DNA of 64,000 nucleotides from the IMG/VR virus record IMGVR_UViG_3300019885_000016. One strand, 5' to 3'. Shown piece by piece: positions 17,877 to 27,760 of this stretch. Below the pieces are notes generated by a model. It had not been told where the DNA came from. It saw only the letters and a program-made list of their open reading frames with translations, and made no database searches. The first letter of the stretch is position 1, and each line of letters begins with the position of its first letter. The position numbers and the translations under genes are program-made. This DNA is from an uncultured virus (IMG/VR IMGVR_UViG_3300019885_000016) (taxonomy: Duplodnaviria > Heunggongvirae > Uroviricota > Caudoviricetes).

Positions 17877-18512
17877 ATGCTGAAGACTCAAACAGAGAAG
17901 CCGGTTATCCGCGACAGGATGGACGAGGCCATTAAAGAACGCTCGGAAGGCCAGCCTTTGGAAGCGCTCGCCACGCTTGAATTAAATCAGGACTTACTTG
18001 ATGAGGGCAGCGATCTGGAAAAAGGAAAGTTTCACAATGGGCGCGGTGGCGCGCTCTACGAATTAGGCCATTACCAAGATGCGTTAGACGAATTTCTCTC
18101 TGCCGGTTTCCACTATCAGCAATGCGACGAACTCAGGCGTGGAATAACAGAGAACAATATAAGCAACTGCTATCTGAAACTCGGAAGGATTAAAGAAGCC
18201 AAAGAGCACGCCTTCAAAGCAATATCTATTTTTACTCTACACAATCACGCTAACTGGCTGGCTCAAACTCAAACAACACTAGCCAGTGTTTTCATTCAGG
18301 AAGGCATTTATTTTGAGGCTTCGCAGATGGCTTCTATTGCCTATTCCGCGCTGAGAGATAGTGATGACGCGCGGGCTAAAAACGAAGCATTAACCACATG
18401 GTATCTAGCCGTGTGGTGTCACTTCTTAGCGACGATTGTAGGTTTATCTTGTGAGGGGGCGCACACGGCGGGCAGGGTTGGGCAGTCCTGTCCGCTTGTA
18501 GAGGTCAAATGA
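17877..18512 (+). CDS. TPR-repeat protein (candidate peptide receptor)
   Basis: HNGRGGALYELGHYQDAL, ENNISNCYLKLGRIKEA, LASVFIQEG repeats. Confidence 0.85.
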   Translation: MLKTQTEKPVIRDRMDEAIKERSEGQPLEALATLELNQDLLDEGSDLEKGKFHNGRGGALYELGHYQDALDEFLSAGFHYQQCDELRRGITENNISNCYLKLGRIKEAKEHAFKAISIFTLHNHANWLAQTQTTLASVFIQEGIYFEASQMASIAYSALRDSDDARAKNEALTTWYLAVWCHFLATIVGLSCEGAHTAGRVGQSCPLVEVK

Positions 18513-19714
18513 AAACATTCGCATCAATATTCTCAGGTGGTGAACTGGCAGGCATAGGAGCTATGCAGGCCGGGCTTACGCCTATTTGGGGAGTAGAGAA
18601 AGATGCCAGTATTGCTTCCGTCGCAGAGATGAATACAGCCTCGAAGATTATCGTCTCACGCGCGCAGGACGTTGATTATTCAAAATTAGAATCACCTTTC
18701 TGGCTTCATGTCAGCCCACCTTGTACGAACGCGAGCCAAGCTAATCAAGGCTCAGGCGAATGCTCCGAAGATGTTGAAATGGCGCGAGCGTGTGGGCTTG
18801 CCCTTTTCTCGCTGCGCCCCTCCGTATTCTCCCTCGAAAATGTTTGGGCTTATCGCTCTTTTCAATCTTTTACCAACATTCTTTCCGAGCTTCGCAGGTA
18901 CGGATACGCCGTTGATTATTGGCATCTCAACTCTGCCGACTTCGGCGTTCCTCAAACCCGCAAAAGACTTTTTCTTGTAGCCCGCTTGAACGCGCGAGTG
19001 CAACGGCCTGAAGCAACACACAGACAACGCGGAGATATGTTTCTTCCGGCATGGTGTAGTTGGCTGGAAGCGATAGAAGATTTAATCCCCACGTTGCCGA
19101 CATCGAAGTTTGCCGCCTGGCAATTAAAGAGGCTTGCGCGCACGGACTTTTTCACCACAGGTTACTTTGATTCTCAGAATCCGCAGAAAGCACAATTGCG
19201 GCGACCAGCGAACGAGCCTGCTTTCACGGTAACATCTTTCGACAGACCCTCCCACATGCCGCGCGCTTACTTAGTGGACGACCAAAGGAACGGGTTCACA
19301 GGCGAGATGAACTTTGCTTCATCCGTTGCCCCTGCTTTTACAATAGGGACTAGACGCGCCTCAAAGCTTCGGGCGTTCATCGTTGACGGGAAGAATACTC
19401 GGACAACAACGGATGAACCTTTCACGCTGCGCAAAGAAGATGAGCCGTGCTTTACGATTGCCGCTTTGGACGGAAGCGCAAGACATCGGGCTTTTGTCGA
19501 AGGATACGCGCAGCGCCAGCCTTCTTTGATTCCCGTCGAACCTGAATGGTTCTCGCGCGGGCGCATCGTCTCCATGACGCCGCGAGCATTAGCGCGTTTT
19601 CAATCCATACCCGATTACTACAAGTTGCCTTCGAGCAACGGACTTGCCTGCAAAGTCACAGGCAATGCCGTGCCGCCTCTCCTTATGCGGAGAACTATAG
19701 AAGCGAATACGTGA
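18509..19714 (+). CDS. DNA (cytosine-5) methyltransferase
   Basis: FSGG, SPPC, ENV, QTRKR, ARFQS, GNAVPP motifs. Confidence 0.95.
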   Translation: MKTFASIFSGGELAGIGAMQAGLTPIWGVEKDASIASVAEMNTASKIIVSRAQDVDYSKLESPFWLHVSPPCTNASQANQGSGECSEDVEMARACGLALFSLRPSVFSLENVWAYRSFQSFTNILSELRRYGYAVDYWHLNSADFGVPQTRKRLFLVARLNARVQRPEATHRQRGDMFLPAWCSWLEAIEDLIPTLPTSKFAAWQLKRLARTDFFTTGYFDSQNPQKAQLRRPANEPAFTVTSFDRPSHMPRAYLVDDQRNGFTGEMNFASSVAPAFTIGTRRASKLRAFIVDGKNTRTTTDEPFTLRKEDEPCFTIAALDGSARHRAFVEGYAQRQPSLIPVEPEWFSRGRIVSMTPRALARFQSIPDYYKLPSSNGLACKVTGNAVPPLLMRRTIEANT

Positions 19715-19973
19715 TTGAGTGAGAAACAGAGAACTCAAAAGGTAAACAGTTTCAGGCAGGCGTCTATGGAACTAGAACAAAGAATTGAATCTCTAAATAA
19801 CGAGTTAGACGCTCTATGGGAAGCAAGCAAGCCTGATGAGAGATTAGCTGTATTAGTAGCTTTGATTGCAAGGGTAGTGGATGAGGATGAGGATGAGTTG
19901 AGAGGGATGATGAGGAATTAAATGTTTGACACGAATTTGAAACCAACCAACAACCAAAGAGAGGACAACCAAA

Positions 19974-20636
19974 ATGAAAGGCTTACAAGAACAAACAGAC
20001 GCAGGAACAATCTACTTGGCAGTAAAACACCATTCGATCTGCCACGAGTCTAAAACAGAGCAGGAAGGACACCATCCTGTAGTAGTCGAAAACCCACGCT
20101 CAAAGGAGAAGATGACGAAATACATCAAATCTTATAAATGCGTGGAAGCTCTCATTTGCAAGATTGAATGGTATGAACGGGAACATGACGGCACGATTTA
20201 TCGAGGGTGGCAACTCTTTCTTGATGCCAACGGTGTGCCTTGTGTACTTGATCTTCCGTTTAATTCAAGGGCAGGCAATCGCTTTATGAAGCTGGCTGAA
20301 CACCTTGATTTCACGCAACCCGTTGAATTTTCCGCATGGTACGATAAGAAAAACGACGCAACTGCTTTCAACGTCAAGCAGAACGGTGAAAGCATCTCAC
20401 AGAAATACACTAAGGATCAGCCTGGCGACTGCCCGCAACCAACGCAGAACAAATTAGGCAAGTGGAATTTCGATGCTCAGGAGGAATTTCTTCTTGAGCG
20501 AATGGAGAATTACGTTATTCCGGCAGTCGAAGAAGTTGGCAATCCAATGCCGACCCTTGAGCATGCACTTGCAACGAGTGTGGGCGGTTCTGTGCCGATT
20601 CAGCCAGAACCGGACGAGGACGAGATACCGTTTTGA
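19974..20636 (+). CDS. Probable single-stranded DNA-binding protein
   Basis: Acidic C-terminal DEDEIPF; located before the helicase. Confidence 0.6.
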   Translation: MKGLQEQTDAGTIYLAVKHHSICHESKTEQEGHHPVVVENPRSKEKMTKYIKSYKCVEALICKIEWYEREHDGTIYRGWQLFLDANGVPCVLDLPFNSRAGNRFMKLAEHLDFTQPVEFSAWYDKKNDATAFNVKQNGESISQKYTKDQPGDCPQPTQNKLGKWNFDAQEEFLLERMENYVIPAVEEVGNPMPTLEHALATSVGGSVPIQPEPDEDEIPF

Positions 20637-20935
20637 GATAACTCAAATTAACTTCTCGCGGATGGTTCTGAGTAAACACCATTCGCCGTTGCCGGATAGA
20701 GGTTCTGCCAAGACCTTCACCGGGGTAACGATAAAAAGCTGACCAAGCCGAAACTCAGAATAGGCTCAAACAGGCTGGTGGATATGGCAGGGCGACCGAC
20801 GGGCGACGGGGCAGACCCTAAAAGCTATAAGTTCGGAGTCGTAGCTAGCGGCCTCAATCAATGCCAATAGGCAAATCTGATTGACGGTTAGCTACGACTC
20901 CCTCAAGGCTCAGAAGCAGACCAAGAGTAAATGAT

Positions 20936-21805
20936 ATGAATACATATAAAGAACATCCTTTAGCTTCAATATTTCCGATGATGAAAGAAGTGGAAATAAA
21001 AGAGTTGGCTGAAGATATAAAACAGAATGGTCAGCGTGCGCCGATAACTTTACTTGACAATAAAATTCTTGACGGTAGGAACCGCTACAGAGCTTGTCAG
21101 GTTGCGAAGATTGAGCCACGCTTTCGAGATTTCAACGGCAATGGCGATCCGCTCGCCTTTGTTATTTCCGCGAATATTCGACGCCGACACTTGACTGAGA
21201 GCCAGCGTGCAATCATCGCCGCAAAATTAGCGACGATGCAAGAAGGCCGTCCTTCAAAAACTGCGTCACGTGACGCAGTTTCTCAAACAGAGGCCGCCAA
21301 GCAACTTGACGTAAGCCGAGCGAGTGTTACGCGCGCCAAGCAGGTTCTAGCCAAAGCCACACCCGAAGAAATTAAAAAGATTGAGCAAGGCGAAAAGACC
21401 GTAACCGAAGTAGCGCGCGAAACGAAGGCGAAGACTGATAAGCCCAAAGAATTTTTAGATAAAACAGGCTATCCAATCCCCTCTGAAATCCTTGAAGATT
21501 GGCAACACGCAGAATCTTACAACGAGACACTCAAACAACTTCATAAAATCAAACTCACGGTTGAAAAAGCCATTCAGGAAGGCAATCTGGCCTTTCGAGA
21601 AATCACCAATACGACTACTGCGGACTTGAAAAACGCTTGGAGTTCACTGGAGAGAGTTCTGCCTTACTCCGTCTGCACAACGTGTAGCGGGCAGAATCGA
21701 AAGAAATGCACGCTCTGTAAGGGTAGAGGGTTTATATCGAAGTTCGCTTATGAGCGGTTTGCGACCAAAGAGGTGAAAGAGATTAGGGCGAAGTTGAAGA
21801 AGTAG
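20936..21805 (+). CDS. ParB-like N-terminal domain, HTH and C-terminal Zn-binding motif
   Basis: ILDGRNRYRAC, NIRRRHLTESQRA, SQTEAAKQLDVS, CTTC...CTLC. Confidence 0.85.
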   Translation: MNTYKEHPLASIFPMMKEVEIKELAEDIKQNGQRAPITLLDNKILDGRNRYRACQVAKIEPRFRDFNGNGDPLAFVISANIRRRHLTESQRAIIAAKLATMQEGRPSKTASRDAVSQTEAAKQLDVSRASVTRAKQVLAKATPEEIKKIEQGEKTVTEVARETKAKTDKPKEFLDKTGYPIPSEILEDWQHAESYNETLKQLHKIKLTVEKAIQEGNLAFREITNTTTADLKNAWSSLERVLPYSVCTTCSGQNRKKCTLCKGRGFISKFAYERFATKEVKEIRAKLKK

Positions 21806-21932
21806 AAATTTCGGCTCGCTTACTTGTGCCTGATCAGCACGAGGACAAGCGGCGAATCCTGACGCAGCCTGCGAGCCGAAAAACATTCAGGTCAGACTAA
21901 CAGGAAGGTCTTTATGCGGGTTTATACGAATC

Positions 21933-23606
21933 ATGCAATTAAGACCTTATCAGCTTTCCGCCGTAGATGCCGTGTTCGAGGCATGGACGGAAAACGATAG
22001 CACGTTGATTGTCTCTCCTACGGGATGCGGGAAGACCGTGACTTTTTGTGAAATTATCAAGCGTATGCAACCTAAGCGGGCAATCGTACTGGCGCATCGA
22101 AGCGAGCTAATCACTCAAGCGGTTCGTCGTCTATGGGACTTTGGAATTGAGGCCAGCATTGAGATGGGTGACCAGTATGCAAATGAGGGTGATTGGGAAC
22201 GCTCACCTGTGATTGTCTCCACTGTCCAGACGCAGAACGCAGGACGAAATGGCAAAGGCAGGATGAGTTGTTTCGACCCTTACGACTTTGGTCTGGTCGT
22301 GGCAGATGAAGCCCATCACTACACGGCAAGTTCATTCAAAAGGGTTCTTGATTACTACCGCAAGAATCCTAATCTTAAAGTTCTAGGTGTTACGGCCACG
22401 CCGGACAGGGCAGATGAGGAAGCATTAGGTCAAGTGTTTCAATCCGTTGCTTATGACTACGAAATCCTTGATGCGATAAATGACGGCTGGCTGGTTCCCG
22501 TAGAACAGCAGATGGTTAATATTGAGGGGCTGGATTTTTCTCAGGTGCGGACTACGGCAGGAGATTTGAACGGAGCCGATTTAGCCGTTGTGATGGAAGC
22601 GGAGAAGAATCTACAGGGGATTGCGGGATCGGCAATAGAGATAATCGGTAATCGGCAAACTCTGGCATTTACCGTCTCGGTCAAGCAGGCTGAGAGATTG
22701 GCAGAGATATTCAATCGTCATTGCCCGGGCATGGCGGATTGGGTTTGTGGGGCAACGCCGAAAGACAAGCGTCATAAAATACTTCAAGACTTTTCACAAA
22801 GGAAGACCCAGGTTTTATGTAACGTCGGGGTGTTGACTGAAGGGTACGACGAGGCCGGGGTTGAAGTTATTTTACAAGCTCGCCCAACTAAATCACGTTG
22901 CCTTTATGCACAAATCATCGGTCGCGCCCTTCGTCCTCTTGGAAATCTAGTTGATGATTGGGGGTTAGCAGAAGATAGAAAGATTGCAATAGCCGAAAGC
23001 TCAAAGCCCTCTGCACTTGTATTAGATTTTGTCGGTAACTCCGGTCGACATAAGCTAATGACTACCGCCGATATTCTTGGCGGAAAAGTTTCTGAGGCTG
23101 CGATTGAACGGGCAATCAACAAGGCCAAACAGAATGGTCAACCTGTTGATATGACCAGAGCACTTGAGGAAGCCGAGGCCGAGTTGAGGCGGGAAGAAGA
23201 AGAGAGAAGGCAACGAGAGGCCGCTAGACGGGCAAGGGTGGTAGCAAAGGCGCAGTTCAGTCTTCAAACGGTGAGTCCGTTCGACGTGTTTCATCTGACG
23301 CCGCAAAGAGAAAGAGGGTGGGATAAGGGGAAGAGTTTGAGCGAGAAGCAGCGTTCTCTTTTGCTCAAACAAGGTATTGACCCGACCGACATGCCGTATG
23401 CGCAGGCCAAGCAAATCATAGATCACCAGTTCTACAGATGGAAAAACGACCTGTGCTCGATTAAACAGGCGAACGTGCTGCAAAGAGCGGGTTATGTGGA
23501 TGCTCAGAATTTCTCGCGCGCTGAGGCATCAAGATTGATTACCCAACTTGCAAATAATGGATGGAAGAGAGTTGACCTAAGCGCGAATCGGCAACCTTTG
23601 CTGTAA
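21933..23606 (+). CDS. SF2 DEAH-box helicase
   Basis: LRPYQ, SPTGCGKT, DEAHH, TATP, QIIGRALR. Confidence 0.95.
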   Translation: MQLRPYQLSAVDAVFEAWTENDSTLIVSPTGCGKTVTFCEIIKRMQPKRAIVLAHRSELITQAVRRLWDFGIEASIEMGDQYANEGDWERSPVIVSTVQTQNAGRNGKGRMSCFDPYDFGLVVADEAHHYTASSFKRVLDYYRKNPNLKVLGVTATPDRADEEALGQVFQSVAYDYEILDAINDGWLVPVEQQMVNIEGLDFSQVRTTAGDLNGADLAVVMEAEKNLQGIAGSAIEIIGNRQTLAFTVSVKQAERLAEIFNRHCPGMADWVCGATPKDKRHKILQDFSQRKTQVLCNVGVLTEGYDEAGVEVILQARPTKSRCLYAQIIGRALRPLGNLVDDWGLAEDRKIAIAESSKPSALVLDFVGNSGRHKLMTTADILGGKVSEAAIERAINKAKQNGQPVDMTRALEEAEAELRREEEERRQREAARRARVVAKAQFSLQTVSPFDVFHLTPQRERGWDKGKSLSEKQRSLLLKQGIDPTDMPYAQAKQIIDHQFYRWKNDLCSIKQANVLQRAGYVDAQNFSRAEASRLITQLANNGWKRVDLSANRQPLL

Positions 23607-23610
23607 AAAT

Positions 23611-24393
23611 ATGAAGTGGTGTCGAGTAAATAAAAAGCATCCGTGCAAAATCTGTCGCCATATAGATTGGTGCGGATACTCCGACAACGCTTCGATCTGC
23701 ATGAGGGTTGAAAGTGACTGCCAGACCAGGAATAGCGGATGGCTGCATAAATCGAATGATGTCATTCCGGTTTATACGAAACCGAAGGTTGTAGAGGTTG
23801 AGCAGACGATTGATGTTGAGAGTCTTTGGCTAAAATGGTTTGAAGCAACCGATTATAAACGCATGGGCATTCTTGCCGCAGAGTTGGGTGTTACCGCTGA
23901 CGTTCTTTGTGCGCTGGGGTGCGCATGGAATGATCAAGCATGGGCTTTTCCCATGAAAGATGCGAATGATGAGATTGTGGGCATAAGGCTACGCGGCACG
24001 GACGGGAGAAAGTGGGCGGTCAAAGGAAGCAAGCAAGGTCTGTTTATTCCGAGTGTGGATATTGAATCAACTATGTTCATTGTCGAGGGCGTGACGGATG
24101 CGGCGGCGGCACTAACTCTTGGTTTATATGCGATTGGTCGGCCTTCTTGTTTGGGCTGTGAAGAAATGATTGTAAACCACATTCGCGCGCATAAAATCCG
24201 CCGTGCTGTGATCGTTGCTGACAACGACGAACCCGGTCAACGTGGAGCAATGAAGTTGAAAAACCACTTACCTGTATTTTCCTGTATCTGGACTCCGCCG
24301 ACGAAAGACTTGAGGGAGTTTGTGAATCTTGGCGGGAACAGTTTGTTGATTGAAGCGAGTATTAAAGATTTAGTCTGGGAGCGTGCGGCATGA
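23611..24393 (+). CDS. Primase-like protein (Zn finger plus TOPRIM)
   Basis: CKIC...WC...C; VEGVTD; ADND; KDLRE. Confidence 0.85.
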   Translation: MKWCRVNKKHPCKICRHIDWCGYSDNASICMRVESDCQTRNSGWLHKSNDVIPVYTKPKVVEVEQTIDVESLWLKWFEATDYKRMGILAAELGVTADVLCALGCAWNDQAWAFPMKDANDEIVGIRLRGTDGRKWAVKGSKQGLFIPSVDIESTMFIVEGVTDAAAALTLGLYAIGRPSCLGCEEMIVNHIRAHKIRRAVIVADNDEPGQRGAMKLKNHLPVFSCIWTPPTKDLREFVNLGGNSLLIEASIKDLVWERAA

Positions 24394-24799
24394 AGAAATG
24401 CTACTTACACAACTGGCAACCAATAAAAGAACTAAAAGGCTGGCTGAGATGCGCCAAGTGTGGTGCTACTAAGCGTGTCCAAAGCTAACAGGCGGGGAAC
24501 GGATTGAAACACCTTCGTTTCCCTCCACAGCAGGAGAGGAAAAGATAATGCAGATAGGACGAATGATTATCAACAACATGGGCGCGAGCAATCCGAGTAT
24601 ACGCCTTTGGCTCGATGTTAGATTCCGAGGCTTCTGGTACGTCTTTATATGGCGCAAGGATAGTAAATCATACTGCTATAGAAGCCTAGATGCTACGCCA
24701 CCAAGTAATCGCCCGAAGGGGGGCTTGAATGCTTCGGATAACAAAGGCAAGTGGTATTTCGGTAAGAGAATCGGACTTGCGGATTAGCGAGGTTACGTT

Positions 24800-25213
24800 A
24801 TGAGCATACGCGACATGCGCTTAGGCGATACGATTATTGGCAAAGATTGTTTCGAGTACACAGTGGAGAAAAAACTTGGCGATAAGGTCAGAGCGCGCAG
24901 GCATAGCCCCACTAATGCAACGCTCAAGACTTTTCACGATGACGAGCAGGAGTTCCTTGCTCTTGAAAACGTAGGCCGCCCAGAAGAGTTCATCTTGTAC
25001 GTGCTTGAAAGCGAGAGCGGTGATTATGAATATGCAAACGCGCCCGGTGGTAAAGACAAGTTAATTAATTCGGCTATTGATTACATGGTCGAGCAATTGG
25101 GCTACGCCCGTGAAGACTTATTTGCAAGCGATATTCCGTTTCAGGCGCATATATGTGTATTTCACGAAATATGCTCAACGTGTGGCGCAGAGTCGGGCAG
25201 AGTTCGTGCGTGA
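24800..25213 (+). CDS. Phage hypothetical protein
   Basis: GAGGT RBS; 137 aa. Confidence 0.6.
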   Translation: MSIRDMRLGDTIIGKDCFEYTVEKKLGDKVRARRHSPTNATLKTFHDDEQEFLALENVGRPEEFILYVLESESGDYEYANAPGGKDKLINSAIDYMVEQLGYAREDLFASDIPFQAHICVFHEICSTCGAESGRVRA

Positions 25214-25251
25214 TGTCTTTTGGGGTGAACGGCTGAGAATGAGGGGGAAGG

Positions 25252-25464
25252 ATGAGCGAAGATAAAAGTCAAGTTGAGGGTGGTCGGATTGAGTCTGATG
25301 TTAGACCGCCTGACCCGCGTATCAATGTACTCAAACAATTAACGACTCGTGAACTTGCAATACTCTTCATTGACCTCTGTAAGGCGAACCCTACAGGCGA
25401 TGAAGATTGGAAGCATCTTGTCAGAGAAGAATTAAAGACTCGCCTGGAATATAAGGCTGTCTAA
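25252..25464 (+). CDS. Hypothetical protein within an integron-cassette-like unit
   Basis: GTTAGAC 25300-25306; stop TAA inside GTCTAAC 25459-25465. Confidence 0.6.
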   Translation: MSEDKSQVEGGRIESDVRPPDPRINVLKQLTTRELAILFIDLCKANPTGDEDWKHLVREELKTRLEYKAV

Positions 25465-25533
25465 CGCCTGAATTAAATATGACCAAAAGAGCTAACAGTC
25501 AGTTCGTGCGCCGTACAAGGATAGATAGCTGAG

Positions 25534-25911
25534 ATGCTAACTCGTTCATCAAACATTCAAAAGATAATTGCCGCAGGTCGTGGCAAGCGTCGTATCGCTG
25601 GCACGATGAATCGTACTGAAGCTGCATATGCTGACATCCTTCAGCGCAGAAAGTTATCAGGCGAACTACTAGATTGGTGGTATGAAGCCGTGACCTTTAA
25701 GCTAGCAGACGATTGCAGGTACACGCCGGATTTTATGACCGTTCGAGCCGTGACCGGACAGGTAGAGTTTCACGAAATAAAAGGCTCGTTCATTCGAGAC
25801 GATGCACTTGTTAAATTGAAAGTTGCTGCTCAGATGTTTCCATTCGTCTTTTATCTCTGCGTGAAAGAGTCTAAGAAGTCGGGCGGTGAATGGAAGATCA
25901 AAGTTGTTTGA
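25534..25911 (+). CDS. DUF1064-like PD-(D/E)XK endonuclease (possible resolvase)
   Basis: MNRTEAAY, YTPDF, HEIKG. Confidence 0.8.
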   Translation: MLTRSSNIQKIIAAGRGKRRIAGTMNRTEAAYADILQRRKLSGELLDWWYEAVTFKLADDCRYTPDFMTVRAVTGQVEFHEIKGSFIRDDALVKLKVAAQMFPFVFYLCVKESKKSGGEWKIKVV

Positions 25912-25931
25912 GTTTCCGGCGAGGTGAGAAG

Positions 25932-26138
25932 ATGGGGTGCGAAGGTATGGGCTACATTGATTGTTTCTGCGCTGGCGACTTTTGCGCTTGCTCGTTCGGC
26001 GGCAGTCAACCATGCGAGGGCTGCGATGATTGCTACGAATCGCCAGACGGCGAGTGCGCCTGTTCTTGTGTTGTATGCACGAACACTAACTTGCATTGTG
26101 ATTCAACTTTGGCTTGTGCGTTTCGGAGTGGAGATTAG
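25932..26138 (+). CDS. 68-aa protein with 14 cysteines
   Basis: GAGGTG RBS; manual Cys count. Confidence 0.55.
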   Translation: MGCEGMGYIDCFCAGDFCACSFGGSQPCEGCDDCYESPDGECACSCVVCTNTNLHCDSTLACAFRSGD

Positions 26139-26260
26139 AATTACTCCACGACTTCAAAAGGTAAGGGTTTCAAAGTCGTGGAGTTGTCGAGGGGTTGGGG
26201 TTGAATGCTCCCGCGCCACACAGTCAACGCTTCAACCTGGTGTCCGTTGCGATTGCACTT

Positions 26261-26677
26261 TCAAGCAATCGCCTTTAACGCCCAAAACGGACGGATAGGC
26301 AGTTGCTCGAATCGCGTGTTCGAGCAGTCGTACACGCTCTCACGCGAGAGGTCGAAATTTAACAACCGACCGTCCGCGCAGCATGCGTACAGTGCGTCGA
26401 CCTTGAAATAAAACAGTTCGCCGTCACGCTGCCTAGCGCGTGAAGTGAACAACGCAAAGTCGGTGCGTCGCGCAGTCTCGCGCAGGCGCAGGAAATCTGC
26501 GTAGTCGGAGATGACATATTCCGACAGCACGCGCAGGCGCGGCGGATTGTTGACAGGCTCTTCGTAGGTGCGACATTGGATTGTCAGGGGGTAAATCAGT
26601 TGCTTCTCAGCGAATAAGTAATCGTGCATCCACTCCAAGTGGATTTCGTGTGAATTTTTGATGCTACTGCTATCCAT
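26261..26677 (-). CDS. Moron hypothetical protein
   Basis: AAGGAG RBS. Confidence 0.6.
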   Translation of the reverse strand: MDSSSIKNSHEIHLEWMHDYLFAEKQLIYPLTIQCRTYEEPVNNPPRLRVLSEYVISDYADFLRLRETARRTDFALFTSRARQRDGELFYFKVDALYACCADGRLLNFDLSRESVYDCSNTRFEQLPIRPFWALKAIA

Positions 26678-26729
26678 AACTTTTCTCCTTCTTACGCAAT
26701 CATACTATGCGTGAATTAATGTTAGACGT

Positions 26730-26984
26730 TCAGCAAGATTGCTGTAATTGTTTCTTACGCCTCGCGCGCTCGCGCTGGTACAACGCTACGCCGGACGGTT
26801 TCGGGTCAAGCGGCCTGCCTCGCTTGCGCCGCCCCTTCTCATCTTTGATGAGCTTTACCTCTTTATCGGAGAAGACCATGCCGCCGCGCGGGACTTCGAT
26901 TTCCAGATCGTGTGCGATGTTGCGAATGGTCTGCGTGGAGCATTCCAGGAGGCGCGCGACAGATTCTGTTGTGTTAATTTTCAT
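26730..26984 (-). CDS. HTH DNA-binding protein with RGRP hook (moron)
   Basis: TTESVARLLECSTQTIRN; KRGRP. Confidence 0.7.
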   Translation of the reverse strand: MKINTTESVARLLECSTQTIRNIAHDLEIEVPRGGMVFSDKEVKLIKDEKGRRKRGRPLDPKPSGVALYQRERARRKKQLQQSC

Positions 26985-27243
26985 CGCTTTCCTCCAAGCT
27001 GGCGATGTACTCGTTAGCCGCGCTGAGGGTCATAGCTTCGTAGTCGTCTTCGTTGACTTTCACTTTAACGTAATACTCGTCATCATACTTGCAAGCCAGC
27101 GAATCGCCGGAAGCCCACGCGGTAAATTCTTCGTCTGTCTCGCAAAAGCTAATCGTGCCAACGAACTCGCTATGACGAGTCTCGTCTGTCAAGAAAGCCA
27201 TCGTTGTTCCGTTGTCTTGTACGCTGTAATGTCCGTTCGTCAT
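26974..27243 (-). CDS. Acidic hypothetical protein (first moron gene)
   Basis: AAGGAG RBS just downstream of promoter. Confidence 0.65.
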   Translation of the reverse strand: MTNGHYSVQDNGTTMAFLTDETRHSEFVGTISFCETDEEFTAWASGDSLACKYDDEYYVKVKVNEDDYEAMTLSAANEYIASLEESDEN

Positions 27244-27281
27244 TGTCTTAATCTCCTTCAAAGTTTCAATCGAACACAGAG

Positions 27282-27310
27282 ATACTACTCTCTAACAAAG
27301 AATTTGTCAA
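27282..27310 (-). promoter_or_regulatory. Sigma70 promoter of moron 1
   Basis: TTGACA-17-TAGTAT; palindrome ACAAA-N3-TTTGT overlapping the -35. Confidence 0.8.
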
Positions 27311-27378
27311 TATATTTCTTTGCTAAAACAAACTATTTCACCATACCATTTCGTGCACTGCTGTGGAAGGGAAACTGA

Positions 27379-27615
27379 ATGGCTGAAGTCTTAGAAAAAA
27401 CCTTTGAATCGCAGGCGGATTGTATTAGAATATCCGTAGCGGACGCGCGCCGGCTTATCGAGAGCCTGGAAAAGCGCAAGCGCGCGGAATTGAACACTAG
27501 AGACATTGCTGATAGAACGATAAAGGCGCAGACGATCATAAAGTCCAACTCTGACAGGAATATTGAAGAGATAGATAAGCAGATTAGGCTTTATGAGGTT
27601 TTGTTGAAAAGTTGA
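27379..27615 (+). CDS. Coiled-coil hypothetical protein
   Basis: 78-aa ORF with RBS. Confidence 0.55.
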   Translation: MAEVLEKTFESQADCIRISVADARRLIESLEKRKRAELNTRDIADRTIKAQTIIKSNSDRNIEEIDKQIRLYEVLLKS

Positions 27616-27760
27616 GGCTTCAGGCTGCGGCACGTAGGCAAGGATGCCTTCAGTGGGAACGCTGAAGGGACACGAGATTAGGACATCCTTGCATGGCAGC
27701 ACGCAGCCTGAATTGAAAAATAGAGACTAACTAGCCAGACCATACCCTTTGAGGTAGGCC

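Noticed and set aside
26707..26727. Second attC half-site (minus strand GTCTAACATTAATTCA)
   Set aside because: No complementary partner box found; too short to support
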